DNA of 64,000 nucleotides from a plasmid: NCBI RefSeq assembly GCF_055900595.2, contig NZ_JBVWEU010000002.1; one strand, 5' to 3'. Shown piece by piece: positions 50,091 to 59,078 of this stretch (position 1 is its first letter; each line of letters starts with the position of its first letter). The notes under the pieces were generated by a model. It saw only the letters and a program-made list of their open reading frames with translations, ran no database searches and was not told where the DNA came from. The position numbers and the translations under genes were made by a program.

Positions 50091-50438
50091 TTACACATCA
50101 TCCCATGGTGGCAGCCGGTTAACTTTCCTGCGCCACCAGTGGAAAGAGGCCATGCACAGTCCGGACAAAAAACCACCCGTGATACTTATAATAATGGCCT
50201 CGCCTGCCACCATTCCTGACGGCCCCCAGTAAATAAACCACATTGCACATCCCCAGGAAATGCCCCATAAGCCCCCCGTCAGCACCGTGACCTGCCAGAA
50301 CGGCATAAAGGGTAATGGCGGAAGCCGGATACCCAGCCGCCATAGAATACGCAGAAGAGGAGGGGCATAATTGCTCCGCCACATCTTTTTGCTGTCCATC
50401 AGGGCAATGGCCCGGGCTTTTTTCTGCTCAAAAGTCAC
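50091..50438 (-). CDS. Hypothetical two-TM membrane protein (115 aa) next to the colicin Ia immunity gene
   Basis: ORF track. Two hydrophobic helices rich in Trp/Gly. Confidence 0.45.
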   Translation of the reverse strand: MTFEQKKARAIALMDSKKMWRSNYAPPLLRILWRLGIRLPPLPFMPFWQVTVLTGGLWGISWGCAMWFIYWGPSGMVAGEAIIISITGGFLSGLCMASFHWWRRKVNRLPPWDDV

Positions 50439-50566
50439 AGGAGCACCTCCGTTCCATGATGTAAACGTGACACAGCTTATTGTTATTGATTATTATTATC
50501 ATGCTGTGGTTATGTTGTCATGCATCAGTACACTGACAAAAGTGCAAAAGAAAGGAAAACAGGCCG

Positions 50567-50902
50567 ATGAACAGAAAATATTATTTTAATAATATGTGGT
50601 GGGGATGGGTGACGGGGGGATATATGCTGTATATGTCATGGGATTATGATTTTAAATACAGATTACTGTTCTGGTGTATTTCTCTCTGCGGAATGGTTTT
50701 GTATCCGGTTGCAAAATGGTATATTGAAGATACAGCTCTGAAATTTACCCGGCCTGATTTCTGGAACAGCGGTTTTTTTGCTGATACTCCCGGAAAAATG
50801 GGATTGCTTGCTGTTTATACGGGTACTGTTTTCCTATTATCTCTTCCGTTAAGTATGATATATATTCTTTCTGTTATTATAAAAAGGCTGTCTGTAAGAT
50901 AG
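50567..50902 (+). CDS. Colicin Ia immunity protein (111 aa)
   Basis: Matches recalled colicin Ia immunity protein (MNRKYYFNNMWWGWVTGGYMLYMSWDY...). Convergent with, and 21 nt from, the colicin gene stop. Confidence 0.9.
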   Translation: MNRKYYFNNMWWGWVTGGYMLYMSWDYDFKYRLLFWCISLCGMVLYPVAKWYIEDTALKFTRPDFWNSGFFADTPGKMGLLAVYTGTVFLLSLPLSMIYILSVIIKRLSVR

Positions 50903-50923
50903 ACAGCCTGTCTTATATTTTAT

Positions 50924-52804
50924 TTAAATACCCCAGAACTTATTCGCTTTTTCCACTAGCGATTCATCAATCAGCGCACCGGTGACAGCCATCAGTAAAC
51001 CATACCCGATAATGCCTAAAGCGCTTCCGGTAAGAATACTGAAGACCAGTGCAACAAGAGCCGTTGCGGCATTGCCTGCTATAATCGCTTCTGTTTTAAC
51101 AAAAAGAGGACGCCAGTTCTCTGTCCGGACAGCCTTACCAAACTCAGTGATCCAGTCAGCAAGACTTGTAAATTTTCCTGCATATCCCAGTCCCCGACTG
51201 AATCTGTTCAGATTAGACGATATATCAGACAGCTTCACAGACTCAAGGGCTGCGGCAATCGCTGCACGATCTTTTGCATTAATTTTTTTGTTAATGTCAG
51301 CCCGGTACTTTTCATACGTTTTTAATGCCTCTTCAACATTACGTATTTTCTTCCCTTTAGCCTGCCCGGCCATCTCTCTGGCTAACTGCTCAGCTTTTGC
51401 ACCATATTTTTCTGAAACTGATTTCAGGAACTCTGTTGTGAAATTAATTGCGTCTTTCGTTGCCTTCAGTTCATCCTGTTTTCTTTTCTCTTCCGCTATC
51501 TTCTGATTGATGCCGGCAAGCTGGTTACGGATATTCTCTTTTTCCTTCAACAGGGCATTAAGAGCGTCATTTGCATGCTTTTGCTCATTTGTTCTGGCAC
51601 TGAGGTTATTTCTCGCCGAATTTACCGCAGATTCAGCAGAGGTGATTTTATTTCTGGCATCAAGCAATCTTTGCCGTAACTTATCCCATTCAGCAACTTC
51701 AGCATTATAAATTTTCTTGTCACCTTCCACATCCTCTGTCACCACCGGATTCCGGTCATTAAGAATATTGCGTTTATAATCCAGACCGGAATGGGTCAGA
51801 AGATAATTCAGGTTTGCACGGTTATCGATGAGCGCGCTGGTTGTGATTTTTATCGTACCGGCAAATCTCGGATCACCGCTCACAACAATAGAATGATTTG
51901 TTGATGAACGCCCCGGGAATTTTTCAGGGGAAACTATCGTTTTGCCGTCAGGTGTGTTTTTCTGTTGCGTCAGCTGTTGTTCAGCTCTGGTTAATGCATT
52001 ACGGGCCGTGTTAAGCGATTCCGTCACTGAACTGAGTTTATTCCGGGCCTCTGAAATGGCCCTGTCATTCCGTGTCTGCTGCCCGAGCAGACGGGCCTGT
52101 TGTGCATCAAGAACGGCAAGGGCTGCCCCGCCATTTTTTTCCAGCTCTGACAACCGCGTGTCCAGAATACCTTTTCTGCGCTCGTATTCAGCAAGCATAT
52201 CAGCGGCCTTCTTGTCTGTGTTCTGCGCATCCTTCTGCCGTTTTTCAGCCTGTTCGATTAACGACCTGGCCTCCCGGGGAGATATACGAAGAGAATCAGC
52301 ATCAGCAAAGAGCATCCGGCTCTCTGTATGCAGCCGGAGGGCATCATATCCGGCGATTTCAGTACGGAATCCGTATTCTCTCAGCTCTGCCTGCAGGAGT
52401 CTGAACTCCTGTCGTGTAATATCAGCGGCATCTGCGTTTCCGGCACGGAGTGTTTTCAGTGTGTTTTCATCTTTTTCCCTTGCAGCAATCGCCGCAGAGA
52501 GGCGTTTTCCGGCTTCAGTACGCTTATTCTCATTTTCTTTCTGCTGCGCGCTGAGCGTGTTTTTGTACGCTGTGATTTCCTTGTCCCTTTTTTCGATATC
52601 ACTTCGGGTTGGGGAATCATCGACCCACTCGTTTCCGCCCCAGATGGTTTTGTTCCCGAAGGAACTCCATGCAGGCGGGGTACCATGAAAGACATCGACA
52701 CGTGGAGGGTTTACATAAATATCAACGGCCATAATTTCATGGCCATCTGAATCATACCCCAGCGATTCTGCACCGGGATTTGTAATACGTACAGGGTCAG
52801 ACAT
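50924..52804 (-). CDS. cia: Colicin Ia, pore-forming bacteriocin (626 aa)
   Basis: Near-identical to recalled colicin Ia (MSDPVRITNPGAESLGYDSDGHEIMAVDIYVNPPRV... C-terminal hydrophobic hairpin ...LIDESLVEKANKFWGI). Confidence 0.95.
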   Translation of the reverse strand: MSDPVRITNPGAESLGYDSDGHEIMAVDIYVNPPRVDVFHGTPPAWSSFGNKTIWGGNEWVDDSPTRSDIEKRDKEITAYKNTLSAQQKENENKRTEAGKRLSAAIAAREKDENTLKTLRAGNADAADITRQEFRLLQAELREYGFRTEIAGYDALRLHTESRMLFADADSLRISPREARSLIEQAEKRQKDAQNTDKKAADMLAEYERRKGILDTRLSELEKNGGAALAVLDAQQARLLGQQTRNDRAISEARNKLSSVTESLNTARNALTRAEQQLTQQKNTPDGKTIVSPEKFPGRSSTNHSIVVSGDPRFAGTIKITTSALIDNRANLNYLLTHSGLDYKRNILNDRNPVVTEDVEGDKKIYNAEVAEWDKLRQRLLDARNKITSAESAVNSARNNLSARTNEQKHANDALNALLKEKENIRNQLAGINQKIAEEKRKQDELKATKDAINFTTEFLKSVSEKYGAKAEQLAREMAGQAKGKKIRNVEEALKTYEKYRADINKKINAKDRAAIAAALESVKLSDISSNLNRFSRGLGYAGKFTSLADWITEFGKAVRTENWRPLFVKTEAIIAGNAATALVALVFSILTGSALGIIGYGLLMAVTGALIDESLVEKANKFWGI

Positions 52805-52844
52805 TCGGTATCTCCTTCATCCGCTGAGGAAAACAAATGAAATA

Positions 52845-52877
52845 ACTGCTTGTATACATGGATGCATATACAGTATT
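52845..52877 (-). promoter_or_regulatory. Putative overlapping LexA (SOS) boxes in the colicin Ia promoter
   Basis: actgcttgtatacatggatgcatatacagtatt about 40-70 nt upstream of the cia start, with CTGT/ACAG half-sites. Colicin promoters are known to be LexA-regulated. Confidence 0.5.
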
Positions 52878-53148
52878 AATTTATTAAGGAGAAAATGGCA
52901 TGTCAAGATTTAATGATAGTGATTATCATTAACATGATGAAGGGGGAGTTATACCGTTCGGAAAGCCTGCTAACGCTGTGGCAGCATCACAGTCTGAGTA
53001 TTCTCAGGAGAAATACAAAAACCGGACATACCCCATAACAGCAACAATGTTTTTGCACTCAGCCACTGTCAGAAAAGAACTGAACGTTTTTCCGTCAACG
53101 GAGTAACACTGCCAGAACAACGCCTCTCTGAATACGATATAAATTACT

Positions 53149-53442
53149 CTATCGGAGCGACGTGAAGGGCCGCCTGATAAATCTTAGCCCTCCCCAGACT
53201 GCCAGTACTCTGCGTGGCCAGACAATCAGACGACGAGGTCTGGATTTCAGCGTATACAATGCAGCCACTCCAACTGCGGGAACGATAACATTACGCCACT
53301 GATATAATGACTGCCAGCCGCGGTCAACAGGCGACGTTATCCTGAGCCAGTCTGCCTTTAACAGGCCCAGTGCCTGTCGTTGTTGCTCAATCTGTTTTAA
53401 CAGTTTCTGTTTTCGGTTCTCCTCTGTTTTCCGGGTATTCAT
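53149..53442 (-). CDS. YqjK-like small protein (97 aa)
   Basis: Size and position as last gene of a yqjD/yqjE-type cluster. Weak. Confidence 0.45.
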   Translation of the reverse strand: MNTRKTEENRKQKLLKQIEQQRQALGLLKADWLRITSPVDRGWQSLYQWRNVIVPAVGVAALYTLKSRPRRLIVWPRRVLAVWGGLRFIRRPFTSLR

Positions 53443-53840
53443 TCATCATCCCTTTTCAGACAGTTCAGGTCTTCACTGAGTTGTTTACGGGTCTCTGATA
53501 GTATCCTGCTTCCGGCAGTCTTTTGTTTAATGAAAATCACAAAAAATAATGCAATAACCAGAAAAACAGCAGAAGCACCCCCTGATATAATCAGCCGATG
53601 CTCCGGTGAGACTGACAGCAAAATGAATATCAGAAGCGATACAACCCCAAATACAGTGAATATCAGAGTTAACCCCACCATCAGCAGCAACCCCAGAATA
53701 TTTTTCTTTTCTTCTTCCAGCTCAATTGCAATAAGCTCAATGCGGGTATGAAATATTCCTGTAAGGGTGTTGAAGACACGGTGTATATTGTCTACCAGAC
53801 TACGGGATGGTCCACGTGGCTGGATATTTCCTGTTCTCAA
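53439..53840 (-). CDS. YqjE-like inner-membrane protein (133 aa, two TM helices)
   Basis: Hydrophobicity pattern and size resemble E. coli YqjE. Overlaps the downstream gene by 4 nt. Confidence 0.5.
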   Translation of the reverse strand: MRTGNIQPRGPSRSLVDNIHRVFNTLTGIFHTRIELIAIELEEEKKNILGLLLMVGLTLIFTVFGVVSLLIFILLSVSPEHRLIISGGASAVFLVIALFFVIFIKQKTAGSRILSETRKQLSEDLNCLKRDDE

Positions 53841-53923
53841 GACATCATCCTTTTTTGTTTAATCATTGTTCTGCTGAGCACGCTGCATGCTCCATTTTCC
53901 CCGGTCTGACCGGGGAAGGAGAA

Positions 53924-54277
53924 TTATTCGCTCACCTTTTCACTTACAGCATCTCCGGCCTGCTGTGCCGCTTCTTTAGTCCTGTTCCAGGCTTTTTCGG
54001 TTGTTTCTTTGGTTCTGTTCCAGGCTTTCTGTGCATCTTCCTTTACCTTATCAGTTGTACTCACCTCTCCACCATTCCTGAGACGGTTCTCCGCCTGCTG
54101 TTGTTTTTCCTCAATACGATGTTCAGCCTTGTGCGCTGCTTCTTCTGCCCGGTTAGATATTTTTTCGGCCTGCTGACTGGCCTGGTTTTTTAAGCTCCCG
54201 GTATGAGTGGACGAATCAGCCAGTACGCCTGTTGATACCAGCAGGGCAGAAAGAAACAATGTTTTGAATGCATTCAT
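53924..54277 (-). CDS. Secreted helical repeat protein (117 aa, signal peptide, repeated KAWNRTKE), YqjC-like
   Basis: Signal peptide MNAFKTLFLSALLVSTGVLA. Lys/Glu-rich repeats. Confidence 0.5.
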   Translation of the reverse strand: MNAFKTLFLSALLVSTGVLADSSTHTGSLKNQASQQAEKISNRAEEAAHKAEHRIEEKQQQAENRLRNGGEVSTTDKVKEDAQKAWNRTKETTEKAWNRTKEAAQQAGDAVSEKVSE

Positions 54278-54348
54278 ACTTTACTCCTTATACAGATGAA
54301 ACAATATTATCTGGCACAAAAATGCGGGCTGTTCGCCCGCATCTGATA

Positions 54349-54615
54349 TTATTTTCGTCCGATGAGCAGACCAATCAGCAGGCCAACACCCGCGGCGATG
54401 GAAATTGCCGCGAAGGGATTATTTTCTACATTATTACGTACAACATCCGCCGCCTCCTGGGCAGCCTGACCACCCTGTGCAGCGATTTTACGGGCAGCAC
54501 CTTTTACCTGATGTCCGCAATTATCGGTCAGTTCACCATATTTCTCCTGCACTTCTCCGGCTACTTCTTTGGCTTTATCTTCAACTTTCCCAAACATAAT
54601 ATACTCCTTCTGCAT
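54349..54615 (-). CDS. YqjD/ElaB/YgaM-family tail-anchored membrane protein (88 aa) with CsbD-like N-terminus
   Basis: N-terminal MFGKVEDKAKEVAGEVQEKYGELTD (CsbD-like) and C-terminal anchor AAISIAAGVGLLIGLLIGRK. Confidence 0.6.
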   Translation of the reverse strand: MQKEYIMFGKVEDKAKEVAGEVQEKYGELTDNCGHQVKGAARKIAAQGGQAAQEAADVVRNNVENNPFAAISIAAGVGLLIGLLIGRK

Positions 54616-55181
54616 TATGAACTAAGATTTAATCCGATACATTTATATCGTCCACTGGTATTTAGCAACGCACGAGCCATGTATCCTCCTCACGTAAAGA
54701 GGGAAATATTAAATTCAACAATATGATTGTAGGTTGTTTTTATTCACCTGATACTCACCAGTCTATATCAGCAAAGCCGTGGCATTTTCATTAAATGCTC
54801 ACTTCCAACAGTTCCCTGCACAATCACAGAACTCACGTAGTACACTGTCCTTATGGTCTCAATGGAGGAACATGAAATGGTTATCTCACAGGTTTAACAA
54901 GCAATCGCCATCAATAAATACTCTCAAACTGAAAAATAGTCCTGAATCTCTGGGAATAAAAACTCCAGAAGTTATACAGACAGCCATCTAAAGATATCTG
55001 TTAATAGATAACCATCAACTCCAACTCTTAGCAGGCAGTTCTGTTCGAATGTAGTGAACTAACCACTGATGCCGACACAGGAACAGTAAATTGTGTACTT
55101 AAATAATCGGTAAAATGCACAGGCCTGTATATCCGCCTCCTGCAGAAAACAATATCCCTGAGATTAACATGCCTCTGAAGA

Positions 55182-55514
55182 TTACTCATAGTCTATTTCA
55201 TCAGTATAAAACCGCGATAACTCAGAAATAACCTTATTGATATAATTTAATTTCTTAAGACAGGTAGTGAAGTAACCGTTATTTATATTGTGTCTTTCAC
55301 AAATAACTTTTCTGGAAGCACCCTCAACAATATAATCATACAGAGCATTGATAATTCGTTGACTGTGTATGGACGAAATATCTATTAATAACCAGAATTG
55401 CTCCTCAGGTACTTTACCGGCTTCCAGAACACAATATGGACAACGCGAGTTCCTCTTTTTGAACGCCGATGTTATTATGTATGAATTATCCGTTTTCATT
55501 ATCTTGTCCTCCAT
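55182..55514 (-). CDS. PapB/FaeB-family fimbrial transcriptional regulator (110 aa)
   Basis: Core matches recalled PapB (..LLI.ISSIHS.R.I.A..DY.V.G.SRK..CE...NNGYF.T.L..L..). Confidence 0.75.
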   Translation of the reverse strand: MEDKIMKTDNSYIITSAFKKRNSRCPYCVLEAGKVPEEQFWLLIDISSIHSQRIINALYDYIVEGASRKVICERHNINNGYFTTCLKKLNYINKVISELSRFYTDEIDYE

Positions 55515-55621
55515 CTAATCATTTATAATGATAATCATATAGTCATATATAAAACAATACAATGAGGTTTAATAAAGACCTTACATAGAAATAATTCTTT
55601 TAGTATCAGATTCCTCCTGGT

Positions 55622-55885
55622 TTATATTTTATTTATATTAAATGATTTGATGCTATCAACCGCATATAATATCGCTCGTCGCTCCATCTCTTCTAAACTC
55701 ATACTTCGAAAATCACCTTCGCCCTCTGAATAAAGAACACATTCAAATGTTGCCTCACCATTCAGCTCAAGTTGAACAACAACCTTATCAATAAGGTGAC
55801 GATCGTAGCTTACATTTAAGTTTACTATCCGATGCCCATACATTTTACACCTGATCCTTATATTAAAATAGTTAGCTCCCTCCAA
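55622..55885 (-). CDS. Hypothetical protein (87 aa) between fimbrial structural genes and the PapB-like regulator
   Basis: ORF track. AT-rich. No family recognised. Confidence 0.4.
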   Translation of the reverse strand: MEGANYFNIRIRCKMYGHRIVNLNVSYDRHLIDKVVVQLELNGEATFECVLYSEGEGDFRSMSLEEMERRAILYAVDSIKSFNINKI

Positions 55886-56165
55886 ACAGACCCGAGGGAA
55901 TAAATATCACTTACATATTTGCAGCTTTGTCATATATTTTTTATAAACTCCGTCATTCAAAATACTTTTTATGTGCAGATCCATTCTGTTATTTTCCCTT
56001 CAGTTACCAGGTAATTCAACAGGTGAAATGTATTGTTTAATCAATATTACTCAAAAAAGAGACATTAAGGAAAAACACAAACACTTCATCATTATTACTT
56101 ATAATACCACTGATATGTTATAACATAACCAGGAATACTCTTAATACAAACCTGGGGGTCAGATT

Positions 56166-57176
56166 TCAGAGAACATCCATTGACAGTACAGCAGATCCTT
56201 CAAAGAGCCCGGCAACAGGCGAGTCGCTTTTAAAATTCACAGATAAAGGAACATCTGTTGTTCCTCTTATAGCTTTTACAGTCTTCTGGCTTTTATCATT
56301 ATCAAACGACAACGTACAATAACCAGGACCACACTTTGTTTTATTTATCTGTCCGTCCTGCATATCTGCAGCTCTTATTGAAAAAAGAATATTCGCCGGA
56401 GCATTACATACTACAGATAAACTGGCATTTTTATTTATACCACCTCGCGCCTCATCAGGGGTTATTCTGTCACCAATATTAATACTGAGATACCTTGATG
56501 TAAGTTCACATTTGGATGTTATATGTATGGTAACATTATTTGTATTAACCGGACTGAATGATTTAATGGCACCGGCATATTCTGGCCAGCCTCCTCCTGA
56601 TTGACCAGAGTATCTGCCTTTATTTTCTTCATAGGCAACCTTTAATGGTAATTGTAATGTATACACGCCTGGCCATGCTGTTCCTCTGTCAATCTCAATT
56701 TTTATATTTTCAATATTTGTCTGTGTAAAGTTATATCTTTCTCCGACACGGTTACATCTTAAGATATTCTTCCATGTGAAGTATTGAGGTGGCGTTACTA
56801 CAGTTTTCACTCCAGGCTCCTGACTACCTGCAAGTTCAAGATTAGTTACTATTCTGTATTTAAGACCTTCCTTTGTGTTTTGCCATTCATCAGGATACTG
56901 GAGCCAGTATCTGTAAACCCCGGAAACCGATGTAAAGCTGGGCATATCTTCTTCATACTGTCTTATTGCTGTCGAATATCCTCCAGCCTGTAAATTTAAA
57001 GAATAAACTGCAGAAGAGGAACCATCCATACTTGCATTAAGTGATGCCTTCGGCAAATTTTCATTTGCCCATAAAATATTACAGAACTTTTGAGAATAGG
57101 CATCCGGTGAGAACTGAATAAATAAAAAAAACAAAAAAACAATATATTTTCTTCTCATACCCCCCCCATGACTCAA
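56166..57176 (-). CDS. Putative fimbrial tip adhesin (336 aa, two-domain)
   Basis: Last structural gene of the chaperone-usher operon. Signal peptide. Same size as PapG but sequence not PapG-like. Confidence 0.6.
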   Translation of the reverse strand: MSHGGGMRRKYIVFLFFLFIQFSPDAYSQKFCNILWANENLPKASLNASMDGSSSAVYSLNLQAGGYSTAIRQYEEDMPSFTSVSGVYRYWLQYPDEWQNTKEGLKYRIVTNLELAGSQEPGVKTVVTPPQYFTWKNILRCNRVGERYNFTQTNIENIKIEIDRGTAWPGVYTLQLPLKVAYEENKGRYSGQSGGGWPEYAGAIKSFSPVNTNNVTIHITSKCELTSRYLSINIGDRITPDEARGGINKNASLSVVCNAPANILFSIRAADMQDGQINKTKCGPGYCTLSFDNDKSQKTVKAIRGTTDVPLSVNFKSDSPVAGLFEGSAVLSMDVL

Positions 57177-57185
57177 CCTCTTCAG

Positions 57186-57695
57186 TTATATATAATAAAT
57201 ATCTATCATGACTGTTGCTCTGAATACTCCTTTCTTTAGTTTGTTTTTACCGTATTTATATAGTGAAGCAATAAAAGTAAAATTTGAATATTCTTCGCCT
57301 TTCCCGCGTAAACCTGTGCTTATTGTGGCTGCATTATTTAATGACAAAGGTTTATTATTCCCTTCTTCATACAACAAAATCCCCAACCCTTCAATATCAG
57401 TAGCAACAACATCTGCATTTTCAATTATGGAAGCAGCTGTAATTGTTAACGATACATCCCCCTGATGATAAGGGCACCTGACCGGGACAATAATTTTCTT
57501 ATCATATGTGCGAGAGTTTATCTTCTCTTCCTGAACATTCCCAAAATCAACATTCACAGGCTCTCCTGAGTTTATTTCACAAGGAGGTATAATAATTGTT
57601 CCATATATTCTCACAGGCACGTCAACTGCACGCACTGAATTTACGAAAGTAAATAAAACAAACAAAAATATAAATTTCCTTAACATACTCATCAT
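57186..57695 (-). CDS. Fimbrial minor subunit (169 aa)
   Basis: Signal peptide, pilin-like size, operon position (PapF-like slot). Confidence 0.6.
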   Translation of the reverse strand: MMSMLRKFIFLFVLFTFVNSVRAVDVPVRIYGTIIIPPCEINSGEPVNVDFGNVQEEKINSRTYDKKIIVPVRCPYHQGDVSLTITAASIIENADVVATDIEGLGILLYEEGNNKPLSLNNAATISTGLRGKGEEYSNFTFIASLYKYGKNKLKKGVFRATVMIDIYYI

Positions 57696-57726
57696 ACCCG
57701 ATCAATATTATTATATCATTTTTCAT

Positions 57727-58251
57727 TTAATCATATGACATCCTGATAAGAGCATTTTCCTCTCTGCCGACTTTCTCAGGACTTCGGATATGCGTCCCAC
57801 ATTCCAAATAAAATATCAACTGGTTCTCACCATCAGACAAAAACTTTCTTTTTGAAGGAAGATAACATGCTCTTCTCAGTAAATCAGACATTATAATTGA
57901 TGCATTTACATATAATTTTCTGTTCCATTCTGAGAACGACTCCGGAACATTACCATAACCACAACCTGACATATTGATCTTAACTTTCTGTATATCACGT
58001 CGTTTCTTCCGTTCTGAAATTTGCACCTCATTAGTATCCAGCTGACACGGAGATGACACTAATGCCCCTTTGACATTCAGCGCTCCAGTCCTTCCGTTGT
58101 GCTCATTTACCCACTGATGGCGGCTTTCATCTGCTACGAAAAAATCATCCCACGTCAACAATTCATCAGCCTGTGAGACACCGTTCATACTGCAACTCCC
58201 CAGCACAACTGCCAGATAAAATCCTATTGTTGCCCTGTTCATCTCCGACAC
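57727..58251 (-). CDS. Fimbrial minor subunit (174 aa)
   Basis: Signal peptide, conserved Cys pair, operon position (PapE/PapK-like slot). Confidence 0.55.
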   Translation of the reverse strand: MSEMNRATIGFYLAVVLGSCSMNGVSQADELLTWDDFFVADESRHQWVNEHNGRTGALNVKGALVSSPCQLDTNEVQISERKKRRDIQKVKINMSGCGYGNVPESFSEWNRKLYVNASIIMSDLLRRACYLPSKRKFLSDGENQLIFYLECGTHIRSPEKVGREENALIRMSYD

Positions 58252-58278
58252 CTCCGGTCAGTTCGTTTTACTGCTTTC

Positions 58279-59010
58279 TTATTTCTTTACTGCAGTACAG
58301 CGACTTCCTGCACAGGAGAACTGCAGTACCGGACGTCCACCATAGTCATTGATATAACTCAGATAGGGTGTGCTGTATGTTCCTGATTTCACCATCTGCG
58401 TTGACTTTGGTGCCAGCATCACAGCATCAAATTCACCTTCTCTGGCCTGTTTTTCACTGCCGCCAATTCCAATTACCGTCACATAATACGGTGTCGGATT
58501 ATCAATCTGATACCCTCCACCGGTCTTATTCAGCACCAGCTGGTCCTGCCATACTGCGTTGGGTTTTGCTTTAATAGATTCAGGCCGATAAAACAGTTTT
58601 ATTTTTGTCTGCAGGGCTATCTGCAACACATTTGCCTTATCACTCTTCGGAGGAATTTCACGAAGGTTGAAATAGAACAGAGATTCCCGGTCCTGTGGCA
58701 GGCGGCTGATGTCAGGTGTACTGGTCAGACGAACCATACTCTTTGAGCCGGGTTCCAGACGCTGTACTGGCGGAGTGGCAATAATCGGGCCTGTGGTGAT
58801 TTTTTCTTTCTTTTCATTCTCCACCCATGCCTGGGCCAGATAGGGAAGCTGTTTGTTATCATTGGCGATATTCAGTGTCATCGATTTCTCATCGCCATTA
58901 AAAATCGCACGTGTGCGGTCCAGGGAGATGGCAGCTTGGGCTGCAGGTACTGCGCTCAGACACGCTACCGCCATCAGCGTTTTTTTCAGCGCCGGTTTCA
59001 TTTTCTGCAT
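58279..59010 (-). CDS. Periplasmic fimbrial chaperone, PapD-like (243 aa from MQKMKPALKK)
   Basis: ORF 58279..59151 trimmed to the Met preceding the signal peptide. Chaperone-like size and placement after the usher. Confidence 0.85.
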   Translation of the reverse strand: MQKMKPALKKTLMAVACLSAVPAAQAAISLDRTRAIFNGDEKSMTLNIANDNKQLPYLAQAWVENEKKEKITTGPIIATPPVQRLEPGSKSMVRLTSTPDISRLPQDRESLFYFNLREIPPKSDKANVLQIALQTKIKLFYRPESIKAKPNAVWQDQLVLNKTGGGYQIDNPTPYYVTVIGIGGSEKQAREGEFDAVMLAPKSTQMVKSGTYSTPYLSYINDYGGRPVLQFSCAGSRCTAVKK

Positions 59011-59078
59011 ATTTTCTGCTCTCTGTTTCTTTACATTTTTCTGCCGGGATATACAGACGATCGCCGGCGTGTATAACG

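Noticed and set aside
51942-52688. 248-aa plus-strand ORF inside the colicin Ia gene
   Set aside because: Antisense to the well-supported colicin Ia frame. Ser/Ala/Cys-rich low-complexity product.
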